A DNA stretch of 64,000 bases from a virus. Within the stretch, counting starts at the first letter, position 1. The number at the start of each line of letters is the position of its first letter. The stretch is from the IMG/VR virus record IMGVR_UViG_3300030329_004888, positions 5,508 to 69,507 of that record, one strand, 5' to 3'. The notes below the pieces were generated by a model. The model was not told where the DNA came from, ran no database searches, and was given only the letters and a program-made list of their open reading frames with translations. Positions 37,171 through 46,618 of the stretch are shown one piece after another. Made by a program: the position numbers and the translations under genes.

Positions 37171-40083
37171 TTACCAGTTCGCGTCATCTGCTCTGTCCGA
37201 ACGACCATGCTCCGATTCTTCGTCGCGAGTTCCCTTGCCTATCTCAAGCCATTCATACCATTTGGCTCTCTCGTGGGCCGGAAGGTCGAGCATGTCAATT
37301 AATGCCTTTGCAAGGCCAAGCTGTTCAGAAGACCTGGTGGCAATATTTAACTTTGGATCCAATGCCGCAGTAACTGCCGCCAGTATAGCCATCTCATTTT
37401 CTCTTCCAGCCATTGTAGTCTCGCCATACAGTTTACCCATCTGGGTAGCGATCATCTGATCCCGTGTCGTCCTCTGACCCGTCAGGCCTGCTGCTTCTGC
37501 AAGCGCAAATTCACGATCCGCACGATGGCGTTCTGCGGCGTCGCTCAGAATCTCTGCCCTGGCCCTTGCTTTATCCAACTCAAACTGCCTTGCCGCTTCT
37601 TCAAGGTCACCGGAACGCAATGCGCCCATGCTTTGAAGTTCAGCCACTCTTGTGTTCCATTCCTCCTTAGATCGTTCTTCAAAATCCAATAACAAAGATG
37701 CCGTTATCGGATCTGCCGCCAGTGCATCGGCATCCATTGCTATGTCCGGATTATACATGCCTTCTAAAATTGTTGCCAAATTACCAATGTCATCTGTGCG
37801 CGTAGTTCCTGTGCCACCAGTGCCAGTGCCGGTGCCGTCGCCTACTGCATCACTGATCATGGACTGCAACCGGTCCCAGTCAAACTCACCGTCCTCTCCG
37901 AGAACCCGCTTTATGTCGTCCCAGTCCTGATCCCTTAACCAGTCGCTCAACTCTGTTATCTTTGGAGACAGCATGCCTGTTGTCTGATATATGTCTCCCA
38001 GCATGCCGCTCAATCTCTCCTCATAACCAGGAAAATCGATACCTCGTAATTGCTCGGCAAGTGGCCCTAATAATTTCGTCAACTCATCTACCGGGCCCTG
38101 TTCTGCAAAAATACCCATCACTGGATCAAATAGTTTTGTTATGTCTCCTGCAAGTGGCCCTCCTTCTGCAAAAAGGGCCCCCAGATTTTCAATGCCGGTG
38201 CCAAACTCATCCGTGATGCCTGGAATTTCGTCCGCGAAGGCCGTTCCAATGTCATCAACGCCTGTGCCGAACGTTTCCAGAAGCCTTTCAAGGCCGGTGT
38301 CGAACTCTCCTGTGATACCAGGAATCTCTTCTCCGAAGGCCGTTCCAATTTCACCAACGCCTGTGTCAAATTCTCCCGTGATACCTTGCAGGATGCGGTC
38401 TAACTCCCCTTCGGGCATGAGCGCATCAATCTTCTCAGGGATGACCAGTCCTTCAAGGGCTCCCGTAATCTCCTCCGCTGCACCCGGAATGCCCGTCAGT
38501 GCGTGAATAGAAGCAGGGTCTAATGAGACCGGCCTCATTTCAGGGGGCTCAAAATCCCGAAGAGCTTTGCTCAGTCCTGTTACCTGCGGACCGAGCATCC
38601 CCAGTGTGGTCGGAAGCTCGCCCAGTGCGTCGATTATTTTCGGATCCAACCCCAGACCCAATGCTACTTCCGGAGTAATCTCCCCCATCTCTCCAGCAAG
38701 AATTTTCCCCAAAGCCGTTTGATCAAAGTCTCTTGTGAGATCAGCCGCAGGGACCATGGTTTCAGGAATTTTCCCGCTTAAAAGCTCACCCAGCCTCGTT
38801 GCGTCAAAGCCTTCTGTGAGCGCCTCCGGAGAGACCATCGTTTCAGGAACCTCCCCTCGCAGGAATCCTCCCAGTACTGTGTCATCGAATCCTGCCGTAA
38901 GGGCTTCGGGGGACACCATCGTTTCAGGAGTTTCTCCTGCCAGCAGTAATCCCAAGTCAGTCGCGCCGAAGTCTCCCTCTAAAGTATCCAGCCTGTTCTG
39001 AGCCAGATTAAAAAGATCCTCATCCCCATCCATTAACGCTTGGACCTTGGTCGCTTCAAGTTGTGTTACTAAGTCCTGAATACCCTCTCGGGCATCCGCA
39101 AATGGATCCGCCCCCATGAGAGTTCCAAGGGCCCCCCCTGCCAGGGCCTCCTGTAGGCCTTCAGCGCCTGCCATCAACGCCCCTGTTTCCGGATCTAATA
39201 ATCCCCGTGACGTCTCCAAATCAGCCAGTGTGTCCCCTGCTAATTGATCCAGGCCCCCTTCTCCGAAAGACCCCTTCATCAGTTCGAGGGCCTCGACTAT
39301 GCGATCCACCTCTGCGCCAAGGCCACCGGGCCCTGTAATCTGGCCCTGTACGCCCGAAATAAGAGGATCCCAGGCCCTGAATTCCCCTCCTATGTCTCCT
39401 CCTGTCCTCTGGACTTCTCCTAATTTGCCCATAAGATCGCCAAAGGACGTACCGGCAAGAGCCGCCATGTCTCCCCTCAGCAGCTGCGATAACCCCACGG
39501 TGGTTTTTAGGTCTTGGGATAAGCGGCCAAAGCCACCGTCTTCTCCGCCAGCAGTGTCCCAGTCATAGTCTCTTCTGGAGGTCAATGTGGGAGGCCATGG
39601 AATAATAGGCGGACGACCTTCTTGGTTAAAAACCCTTGTTACGCGGTCGGTGCCAGCATTGGTTCTCAGCCAGTCTATCCTATCAGGATAGTATTTGGCA
39701 TAATAATAAATATCGTCATCGCTCCACGTCGTAGGGTCATTACGATTATAATCGTGCACGGTTCCGTCGGGTTTCACATAAGGCACATTTGTATCCCCCG
39801 AGTACGTGCCGCCTGGCCAATGTATCGGATCTTTTGGCTGGCCTGCATGGCCTGATACCGTATCCTCACCAGAAAAAGTGCCCGATGTAGTCGTTGTGGA
39901 GCCCGTGGCTACGTGGCCTCCCGGATCATGCACTTTAGGGGCGGTTTTAGTAGCCCCATTTGTCCCGCTCGATGATTGGACGTTTTTATGCTGGGAGCCA
40001 AGATGAGTAGTAGTGGGCAGGCCAGTGAAAGACCCTTTTTCTTTTGGTCCACCAACTCTGCCAAGATCAACTATATGTGCCAT
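37171..40083 (-). CDS. Large ejection protein with internal repeats (970 aa)
   Basis: PETMVSPEALT and GITGEFDTG repeats; homolog of <1-2653. Confidence 0.65.
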   Translation of the reverse strand: MAHIVDLGRVGGPKEKGSFTGLPTTTHLGSQHKNVQSSSGTNGATKTAPKVHDPGGHVATGSTTTTSGTFSGEDTVSGHAGQPKDPIHWPGGTYSGDTNVPYVKPDGTVHDYNRNDPTTWSDDDIYYYAKYYPDRIDWLRTNAGTDRVTRVFNQEGRPPIIPWPPTLTSRRDYDWDTAGGEDGGFGRLSQDLKTTVGLSQLLRGDMAALAGTSFGDLMGKLGEVQRTGGDIGGEFRAWDPLISGVQGQITGPGGLGAEVDRIVEALELMKGSFGEGGLDQLAGDTLADLETSRGLLDPETGALMAGAEGLQEALAGGALGTLMGADPFADAREGIQDLVTQLEATKVQALMDGDEDLFNLAQNRLDTLEGDFGATDLGLLLAGETPETMVSPEALTAGFDDTVLGGFLRGEVPETMVSPEALTEGFDATRLGELLSGKIPETMVPAADLTRDFDQTALGKILAGEMGEITPEVALGLGLDPKIIDALGELPTTLGMLGPQVTGLSKALRDFEPPEMRPVSLDPASIHALTGIPGAAEEITGALEGLVIPEKIDALMPEGELDRILQGITGEFDTGVGEIGTAFGEEIPGITGEFDTGLERLLETFGTGVDDIGTAFADEIPGITDEFGTGIENLGALFAEGGPLAGDITKLFDPVMGIFAEQGPVDELTKLLGPLAEQLRGIDFPGYEERLSGMLGDIYQTTGMLSPKITELSDWLRDQDWDDIKRVLGEDGEFDWDRLQSMISDAVGDGTGTGTGGTGTTRTDDIGNLATILEGMYNPDIAMDADALAADPITASLLLDFEERSKEEWNTRVAELQSMGALRSGDLEEAARQFELDKARARAEILSDAAERHRADREFALAEAAGLTGQRTTRDQMIATQMGKLYGETTMAGRENEMAILAAVTAALDPKLNIATRSSEQLGLAKALIDMLDLPAHERAKWYEWLEIGKGTRDEESEHGRSDRADDANW

Positions 40084-40085
40084 AA

Positions 40086-41702
40086 TTAAATGCCTGCTCT
40101 GGCTTTGCGTTTACGGCCTATGTCGGTATAGGCAGGATGACATCTGCGTATACGAAATGCCTGATTTCTTGTATTATTGGAAAATCGTATGGAAGTATGT
40201 GGATCGTATTCGGATAAATCCAAATCCTGATACAGCATTCGCAGAGTAGCTAACGCCCCCTGATTTAATGAACTGACATCTAAAGTGAACCCGCCCCCGT
40301 TGACATTAAACGCACCGGTCAGTCCGGCCACTCCACCGGATTCCTGCTCGTAGTTGACCGTCAACTCTGCCTCTACGTCATGCGGAGGAGAAGTGGAATC
40401 GTAATACACGCGCACATTTCGCCAGCGCACCGTGTTTCCGGAGCCCGCTGGTGCCGTAGCTCCCGTTTTAAAGTATTGCCTGATTGCAGTCCCTGACGTT
40501 CCCTTATTGTCGTCTGAATAATGCACCTTGGTTGTGCCGTCGCTGTTTGCGTCCGTGCTTATGGGATCGTGGTTTTCCAGTTGGCCATATACATTACCCG
40601 AACCCTGAAGCGTTCCGGCGTGAGGTCGCTCGTCAATCAGTGCCGCACAATTGCGCGTAAAAAACGGGCCGCTTCCCGTATACGGACCATACCAGATGTC
40701 AAAGCGATCTGAATACACCATAATATGATTCATGGCACTTTGTGTGCCGCCGGGCGTTGAAGGATACGGAAGCCAGAACCATGCCTCGTTCAGCCGTGGA
40801 AAATACAGGCCAAAGCATTTAGGCCCTACATTGGCAGCATCCAGATTCGGCCAGTATCCCAGGTCCAATGAATACGATTTCTTTTCTGTCTCATCTCCCC
40901 CTGACCACATGTAGATGCCGTCATGTCGCAAGAACAACTGTCGATTGCCGGGCAGCACCACAATGGCCCGGCCTGATATAGTGCCTACATCTGTTCGCTT
41001 TTGCAGTTGATAAGGAATTGCCGTATTACTGGTTGGCACCAGAGTATGGATGCCCTCATTGGTATGTACAGTCAGGGCATTCTGGGTAGCCATAAGGCCG
41101 GTAACGGGAAGACCTATGTTGTAGAATGAAGTAGACTGAATTGTATTAATATCACCAATATCTGAATACCATAACCGATCTGAATTGGCATTGGTATTAG
41201 CATACCAAACCCTATTTTCCCAGTAGGCCACATGACTACAGTTTGTAAATCGAGAGTCAATATCAGCCGCAACGGCATCTGCGTCCGGATCCCACTTAAT
41301 AGGAGGATTTACTCCATTGGTGAGAATCAACACCCCGTTGCAGTTGGCCCACTCAAACGTATTGGCATCTGCATGCGTGATAATTTCGCCACCACTTACG
41401 TCTGTTACGTCTGTCCAGTCATTGCTGGTGTAGTGATACAGCCTAGTGCCGCGGACCATAAAAACAACCTTGGTGGACGGGGGGTCTATAAACTCCCCAC
41501 AGGCCAACACTGACTTGTTAATTACAGGAGCCTCTCCTTTATACGGCACCGTCCCCTTGCGAGTCTCCACTGCGCCCGCAGCATTGATCCGCATATTTTC
41601 CATTTCAGCAAGGCCGTCGTCTTCGACGTCTTCTGCGGCTCGGTCATACTGAACTCCAGCCGTCCAGGGACCATACTGAACATCATCCGCACGTAAGGCC
41701 AT
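40086..41702 (-). CDS. Tail nozzle / DNA-stabilisation protein
   Basis: Homolog of 2656-4218 (VQYGPW, DSRFT, DRLWYSD, ISGRAIVVLPGN). Confidence 0.7.
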   Translation of the reverse strand: MALRADDVQYGPWTAGVQYDRAAEDVEDDGLAEMENMRINAAGAVETRKGTVPYKGEAPVINKSVLACGEFIDPPSTKVVFMVRGTRLYHYTSNDWTDVTDVSGGEIITHADANTFEWANCNGVLILTNGVNPPIKWDPDADAVAADIDSRFTNCSHVAYWENRVWYANTNANSDRLWYSDIGDINTIQSTSFYNIGLPVTGLMATQNALTVHTNEGIHTLVPTSNTAIPYQLQKRTDVGTISGRAIVVLPGNRQLFLRHDGIYMWSGGDETEKKSYSLDLGYWPNLDAANVGPKCFGLYFPRLNEAWFWLPYPSTPGGTQSAMNHIMVYSDRFDIWYGPYTGSGPFFTRNCAALIDERPHAGTLQGSGNVYGQLENHDPISTDANSDGTTKVHYSDDNKGTSGTAIRQYFKTGATAPAGSGNTVRWRNVRVYYDSTSPPHDVEAELTVNYEQESGGVAGLTGAFNVNGGGFTLDVSSLNQGALATLRMLYQDLDLSEYDPHTSIRFSNNTRNQAFRIRRCHPAYTDIGRKRKARAGI

Positions 41703-42640
41703 CAGGCAGTCAGACTCCCTTCACTGATAGAGAAGTCAAAGGCACTGCCCTCGCCTGCCCACTCTGTCGCCGGTCGTCGTCGCCACTTGCGCGTACCCCA
41801 TATACGCAAGTTCTGCTCTTTGCCCGCTTCCAGCATTTCCTCATACAGGGCCCTGTTTATATTGGCCCCTTCATCGTCTCCTTTTTCCTGCATATACAAC
41901 TCGGCAGCGCCAAAGACCAGCGCCGATTGCAACTGCTCTGGAATCCAGCGATCCAGTTCAGTGTCGTCATTCGACTCTGTCCAATCAGGAATGTAGGCAA
42001 GGTAGCGATAGCGGATGGTTTCATTGGTAGTGGAGTGGGCTGGATGAAAGCGAATAGCTATCTGCCCCGGATGCCCGGCAGTCACGTCAATGCCGTCTAC
42101 GGTTATATCAGAAACATCCCCGGTTTCATCCCGTTCAGGATCCAGCTTGTCAAAGCGATTATACCCCTGGAACGTAAGCACCTCTCCGTTGGTTTGATTG
42201 TAAAAGTTTATCGGAGCCAACACATCTGCGGCCAGATAATACACTTGCGTGAACTCCCTTGACGCAAACGTGCTGGTAGCACCGGAGGTTTGTCCGGTAA
42301 GCGTGTAATAGGTTGCTGTCGTAGGCGATACGCTGTTTTCGCTGTAAACGTAAAGTCGCGAATTGGTCGTGTCTGCTTCTTCCAGCGTTGCTTCGTAGTA
42401 GGGATCCTGCCCGTCACGAAGCTGCTCGCCGTCTGTAAAATTGCCAGTAATTCCCGAAACCGTCAGTGAACGGGTCGTACGAAATGTCCCTGTCTTATTC
42501 AGCCACCACCACTGGGCCTGACCGGAAATACGCTTTGCTACAATATTCAAATACAGCCGTACCTGGTTCTTGTATCCGGTGGTTGATGAATTCAGACCAG
42601 CCCTGTCGAGGGCCATTGTCATTGCATCAGAAAGTTTCAT
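41702..42640 (-). CDS. Head-tail adaptor
   Basis: Homolog of 4218-5129. Confidence 0.65.
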   Translation of the reverse strand: MKLSDAMTMALDRAGLNSSTTGYKNQVRLYLNIVAKRISGQAQWWWLNKTGTFRTTRSLTVSGITGNFTDGEQLRDGQDPYYEATLEEADTTNSRLYVYSENSVSPTTATYYTLTGQTSGATSTFASREFTQVYYLAADVLAPINFYNQTNGEVLTFQGYNRFDKLDPERDETGDVSDITVDGIDVTAGHPGQIAIRFHPAHSTTNETIRYRYLAYIPDWTESNDDTELDRWIPEQLQSALVFGAAELYMQEKGDDEGANINRALYEEMLEAGKEQNLRIWGTRKWRRRPATEWAGEGSAFDFSISEGSLTA

Positions 42641-42912
42641 ATTAAATCAGCCCAGCTTCCGTTTTCGTATCCCTGAAACTTATTAGTGCTTGAATTGTAG
42701 ATAAGCATGCCGTTGGCCGCACTCAACGCATTGCGCTGTGTCGTTGTCAGTGACGGCAATTGAACATACCCCGTCGTACTGTCCACTTTAACTGACTGCG
42801 CTTCCACATGATTGAACAGACCCAGTTCCCCAAAAGAAACCGCCTGATTCTGCTGACCGGCAACTACCCGGTCGGATCGCTGAACCGGAGCAAGTCTTTT
42901 ATTCGGAGGCAA
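42637..42912 (-). CDS. Small virion protein with fibre-type motif
   Basis: LTTTQRNAL.AANGMLIYNSSTNKFQGYENGSW. Confidence 0.7.
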   Translation of the reverse strand: MPPNKRLAPVQRSDRVVAGQQNQAVSFGELGLFNHVEAQSVKVDSTTGYVQLPSLTTTQRNALSAANGMLIYNSSTNKFQGYENGSWADLI

Positions 42913-43351
42913 CGAACTCAGCGTCTGTTACGTCTGGACTGGGAAGCGGTTCCACTCCATCAGTGGCAAATTCCATTTGGGCCGATTCAGCCAGAGAGTC
43001 TGCATCAAGAGACTCTACTCCGTATTCGGCTACTTCACGGGCCGTAATCGACGTAGTAGCTCCTCCTCCTTGACCAGCATGGTAACGAGCCGCTACGTGC
43101 GCCTGGGCCGCTTCCTTGCCCATCTTTTCGACCAGAGCCTCAGACGGCTTAGGCACAAATCCAGGAGGATGCTCAATAGACAGTCCTGACGAGTTCATGC
43201 GCCTGGCATCTTGATTGGTTTGTTGAGGACGGCGAGTCTTGATGGTGCTGCCCACTTCCAAGGCCTGCTGAAGCAATCGCTTCTGGTCAGGAGTCGCCTT
43301 AGACAATAAGCCTGTCAAGCCTTCGATTGTATTAGCACTTACTTCACTCAT
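42899..43351 (-). CDS. Hypothetical protein
   Basis: Late operon, aagg RBS. Confidence 0.6.
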   Translation of the reverse strand: MSEVSANTIEGLTGLLSKATPDQKRLLQQALEVGSTIKTRRPQQTNQDARRMNSSGLSIEHPPGFVPKPSEALVEKMGKEAAQAHVAARYHAGQGGGATTSITAREVAEYGVESLDADSLAESAQMEFATDGVEPLPSPDVTDAEFVASE

Positions 43352-43365
43352 AATAGCCTTTCTTT

Positions 43366-43411
43366 TAAAAAAAGAGAGGGAAGAAGCGATTCCCCTTCCC
43401 CCTCTTTCTTC
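43366..43411 (-). terminator. Rho-independent terminator after capsid genes
   Basis: agagggggaagggg-aatcg-cttcttccctctc followed by a T-run on the minus strand. Confidence 0.6.
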
Positions 43412-43414
43412 TAT

Positions 43415-44215
43415 TTACACTTCACCAAGTCGCAGCATCACTCCGATGTAGGCACCAGTGGTGCCTACATTACAAGCGATACCAACCAAAGGCTCAGTTT
43501 CTGCGTCTTTAAGCTGAACGGCTCCCGCTGTGCCGTCGCCAAGGGTCACATTATCACCAATAGCCGGAACAGCAGTACCGTTGGTTTCCATCAAAACAGT
43601 GGCAATACCAGCTGTCTGAAACCACCCGTAGTAGTTGGCGGTAAATGCGATCGGAGTAACGCCAGTAACAAGAATGTCTGTCGTGGTTGCTCCGATAAGT
43701 TCATCAAATGGATTACCTTGGATAAAGATGTCAGACGCAGTAGTTAAGGCAACCTTGAGTGGATCATACAATTCCAGATCCACTTTGCCACTGGTAGTGG
43801 CACCTGTTGCACTACTGGTCTTGATACGATACTGGATTCCTTCACCAAGACCGTCATCCAGATCATTATTGATCTGCAAATACCCACCAGCAAAATCATC
43901 TTTATTTTTGCTTGCCAGTGTGATTTGCAATTTAGAAGACCCAGCAGCCGGACTGTAATCGCCAGAAGCAGCAATTACAGCATTATCCGTCGATGCTAAA
44001 GACGTTGTTGAAACATCTGGAGCAACCAAAAGTCCGGCCTTTACAGCGGCACCCGTATAGCCATATCGAAATACGCGGCCATCTGCAAGTTCCAGCTTTT
44101 CGCCAAGGGCAAATTTGGCAGTCGATGACTCATCATAAATACTTTGACCAGCTTTACTGCCTTTGCCAACGCCTCCAACGCGATTAGTAGCAAAGTTATG
44201 ATTTAAGTAACTCAC
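43415..44215 (-). CDS. Capsid decoration-like protein with an inserted domain
   Basis: DGRVFRYG, YYGWFQTAG; ~95 aa longer than 6052-6564. Confidence 0.6.
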   Translation of the reverse strand: MSYLNHNFATNRVGGVGKGSKAGQSIYDESSTAKFALGEKLELADGRVFRYGYTGAAVKAGLLVAPDVSTTSLASTDNAVIAASGDYSPAAGSSKLQITLASKNKDDFAGGYLQINNDLDDGLGEGIQYRIKTSSATGATTSGKVDLELYDPLKVALTTASDIFIQGNPFDELIGATTTDILVTGVTPIAFTANYYGWFQTAGIATVLMETNGTAVPAIGDNVTLGDGTAGAVQLKDAETEPLVGIACNVGTTGAYIGVMLRLGEV

Positions 44216-44273
44216 GGTAATTCCTTTCCCCTATGGTCAGGGTGTGAACCCCCATTGGCTTGGGGGCAAGGGT

Positions 44274-45272
44274 TTACGCCAAGTCGTACAACAGACCTTG
44301 ACGGCGTCTGTTATTCGTCATTAGCTGTACGCCCACGACCACGAAAGCGACTTTCGCCAGCTGGTTGGTAGGCTCTTTGAATGGAGTCTTTGCGAAGTTC
44401 AGGCCACCCTGAATCTTCAACTTCAGATACTTCGTATTCAGCAGATACATTGAATCAGAAACACAGTCCCTGTCTCCAATTACTGGAGCGCCGCGGAAAG
44501 AGATGTCTCCTTCTGCGCCAAGGCCAAATCCCGGACCAGATCGACCCGATCCACTTTTGACGAAGCGAGTGTATCCGGTGCCCTCAAAGAGTGCCTCGTA
44601 TTCACCGTAGTACGTCATTGAAGTGATAATCAGATTAGTCTTGTCGTTTGCTTCTGACGCATTATTCCAAACCACTCCCATGCCCAGTGGGCCCTGAAAG
44701 CGATTATTTGACTGCGTAGAAAAAGACGTATAACTGGCGTTGAAATCGGTGCGCTGGTTGTCCCACCAACTATTGCTGGACACTGCAATTGAATGCAAAG
44801 TTGTAGAGGTGCCCTCTGCACAAATGTCCTGCAAGCCAACAATCGACTTACCTGACTGCGCCCCGTGAATGGCGGCGTTGATGGTGTCCATCGACTTGGT
44901 CATCGCCTGCTTGGTTTTAGCTTCCAGCAATTTGACGGCTGAGTCTGATTTACGCGCTTCGCGCTCTTCCGTCATCGAAATGACGATAGGCGTAGCATTG
45001 TATCGAAACTGCTCAAAGGCGGCGGTGATGCCGTCGGTGCTGTCCGTAGACAACACGTCAAAGCCATCAAACCATTCCGAAGATCCCAACCCGTACATCA
45101 GGTCTTCCTGAATCTCCTTACCGCCGTTTTCTACTTCCATGATTCCGGACCTGCGAAAGCGTCCAACCGTGGGATAGGCATCGCTGATATTATCAGTGAG
45201 GCGTTTCCGCTTGGCCCTCATTGTGAGAGTCCAGGCGGCATCCCACGTTTCTGTGGTAGAAGTGGCTGCCAT
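44274..45272 (-). CDS. Major capsid protein
   Basis: Homolog of 6584-7570. Confidence 0.85.
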   Translation of the reverse strand: MAATSTTETWDAAWTLTMRAKRKRLTDNISDAYPTVGRFRRSGIMEVENGGKEIQEDLMYGLGSSEWFDGFDVLSTDSTDGITAAFEQFRYNATPIVISMTEEREARKSDSAVKLLEAKTKQAMTKSMDTINAAIHGAQSGKSIVGLQDICAEGTSTTLHSIAVSSNSWWDNQRTDFNASYTSFSTQSNNRFQGPLGMGVVWNNASEANDKTNLIITSMTYYGEYEALFEGTGYTRFVKSGSGRSGPGFGLGAEGDISFRGAPVIGDRDCVSDSMYLLNTKYLKLKIQGGLNFAKTPFKEPTNQLAKVAFVVVGVQLMTNNRRRQGLLYDLA

Positions 45273-45302
45273 GTAGTATTACCTCATACGTTATTGTTAT
45301 TA

Positions 45303-46184
45303 TTATCGATAGTCGGTTGTGCCAAAGCCAAGCTCCTGCATACCGGCTAACAGTTGATTGTCAGACAATTGTCCATCCGATGGCGATGCATGTACGGGAG
45401 AACTCGGACGAGTCGCGTTGGCATTGCGTGTGTCGCGGTGCTGGCCGTGTAAGGCCTGGCTCTGCTGCTGCGCCCTGCCGGTGACAAGTTCGTAGGCTTC
45501 CGTCGGTGTGTAATTCTGTCCTGTTGCTGGATTTACGACAGCACTCAATGCTCCCACCTGTGCTTTATACTGATCGATGTCTGGGTATTTTGCACGGGCC
45601 TCTTGAGCAACTGCATTAACTTCCTGGGCGCGATTCTGAATCACATTAGCCGCCAACTGCTTGACGACATTTTCCACCATTTGAAACCGCTTGTCGTAAT
45701 TGTTCAGCTTATCTCCCGTCGTCAGACGATTGATCTCCTGAACAATGTCAAGCGCACGTCCTTCATCTTCAGACAGCGATGACCGCAGTGTCGCCAGCGG
45801 ATCGACTTCTTCCTGCTGAGATGCCACTACTTCCTGCTGTCCCTGCAAACGAGCCAACTGCACTTCTGCCTGCTGGGCCCGCTGTTCTGCCGCTCTGGTT
45901 GCTTCTGAATCCCTGCGCCGTTTGGCGTGGTAATCCCTCAGCAGTCTCTGATCTCCGTCGGATAGCACGGAAGGATCGGACACTTCGTCCAAATCCTGTG
46001 GATACTGATTGCCAGTGGTACCGTTCGATGGCAGGGCAGGAAGATTCTGGGCTGGAACGTCTTCAGGCTCAGTGGCGAGGTGTCCGGCGTCTTCAAGATC
46101 TGCCGCAAAGTCGTCCTGTTCTGAAGCATCTGCCTGTTGTCCGGCCTGTCCCTGTTCGTCAGGAAGCTGTGCACTTTCAGTCAT
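45303..46184 (-). CDS. Scaffolding protein
   Basis: RDYHAK, coiled coil, TGQNYTPTEA matches TGEAYTVAEA in unit A. Confidence 0.75.
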   Translation of the reverse strand: MTESAQLPDEQGQAGQQADASEQDDFAADLEDAGHLATEPEDVPAQNLPALPSNGTTGNQYPQDLDEVSDPSVLSDGDQRLLRDYHAKRRRDSEATRAAEQRAQQAEVQLARLQGQQEVVASQQEEVDPLATLRSSLSEDEGRALDIVQEINRLTTGDKLNNYDKRFQMVENVVKQLAANVIQNRAQEVNAVAQEARAKYPDIDQYKAQVGALSAVVNPATGQNYTPTEAYELVTGRAQQQSQALHGQHRDTRNANATRPSSPVHASPSDGQLSDNQLLAGMQELGFGTTDYR

Positions 46185-46198
46185 AATATATCACCTTG

Positions 46199-46618
46199 TT
46201 AAAAAGAAACGTCAAATTTGCCTTGACGGGCACGGTTGAGAGCTTCGCGTTCTGCTTTCTTGAAGTCGTCCTTGTCCATCCAGGCGGCATTCTCATTTAC
46301 TGCGCGCGGAGACATCTCCTCTGCGGAGGGTCGATGACAGCGACTGCCACCGACCGTATCTCCTCCTTCTATAACATCCAGTTCTTTCATTAACTTCTTT
46401 TTATGTTCGTAGCTTTCCACATATTGACCCAGTCCCGGCTCATACCGGCCATACATACTGGAGCGAGTCGTATGCAGATGATTGCCTCCTTTGGTCGCCC
46501 ATGAGGCTTTCTTGCCGCACTCACAGACAATGGTTTCAGGAATGCGTTTGCCCTCTACTGGATAATCCGGATACTTCTTGCCGCAGGTGTCACACCCGTA
46601 ATCCCATAATCGTATCAA
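46199..46618 (-). CDS. FmdB-like zinc-ribbon protein
   Basis: DYGCDTCG...CECG. Confidence 0.7.
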   Translation of the reverse strand: MIRLWDYGCDTCGKKYPDYPVEGKRIPETIVCECGKKASWATKGGNHLHTTRSSMYGRYEPGLGQYVESYEHKKKLMKELDVIEGGDTVGGSRCHRPSAEEMSPRAVNENAAWMDKDDFKKAEREALNRARQGKFDVSF

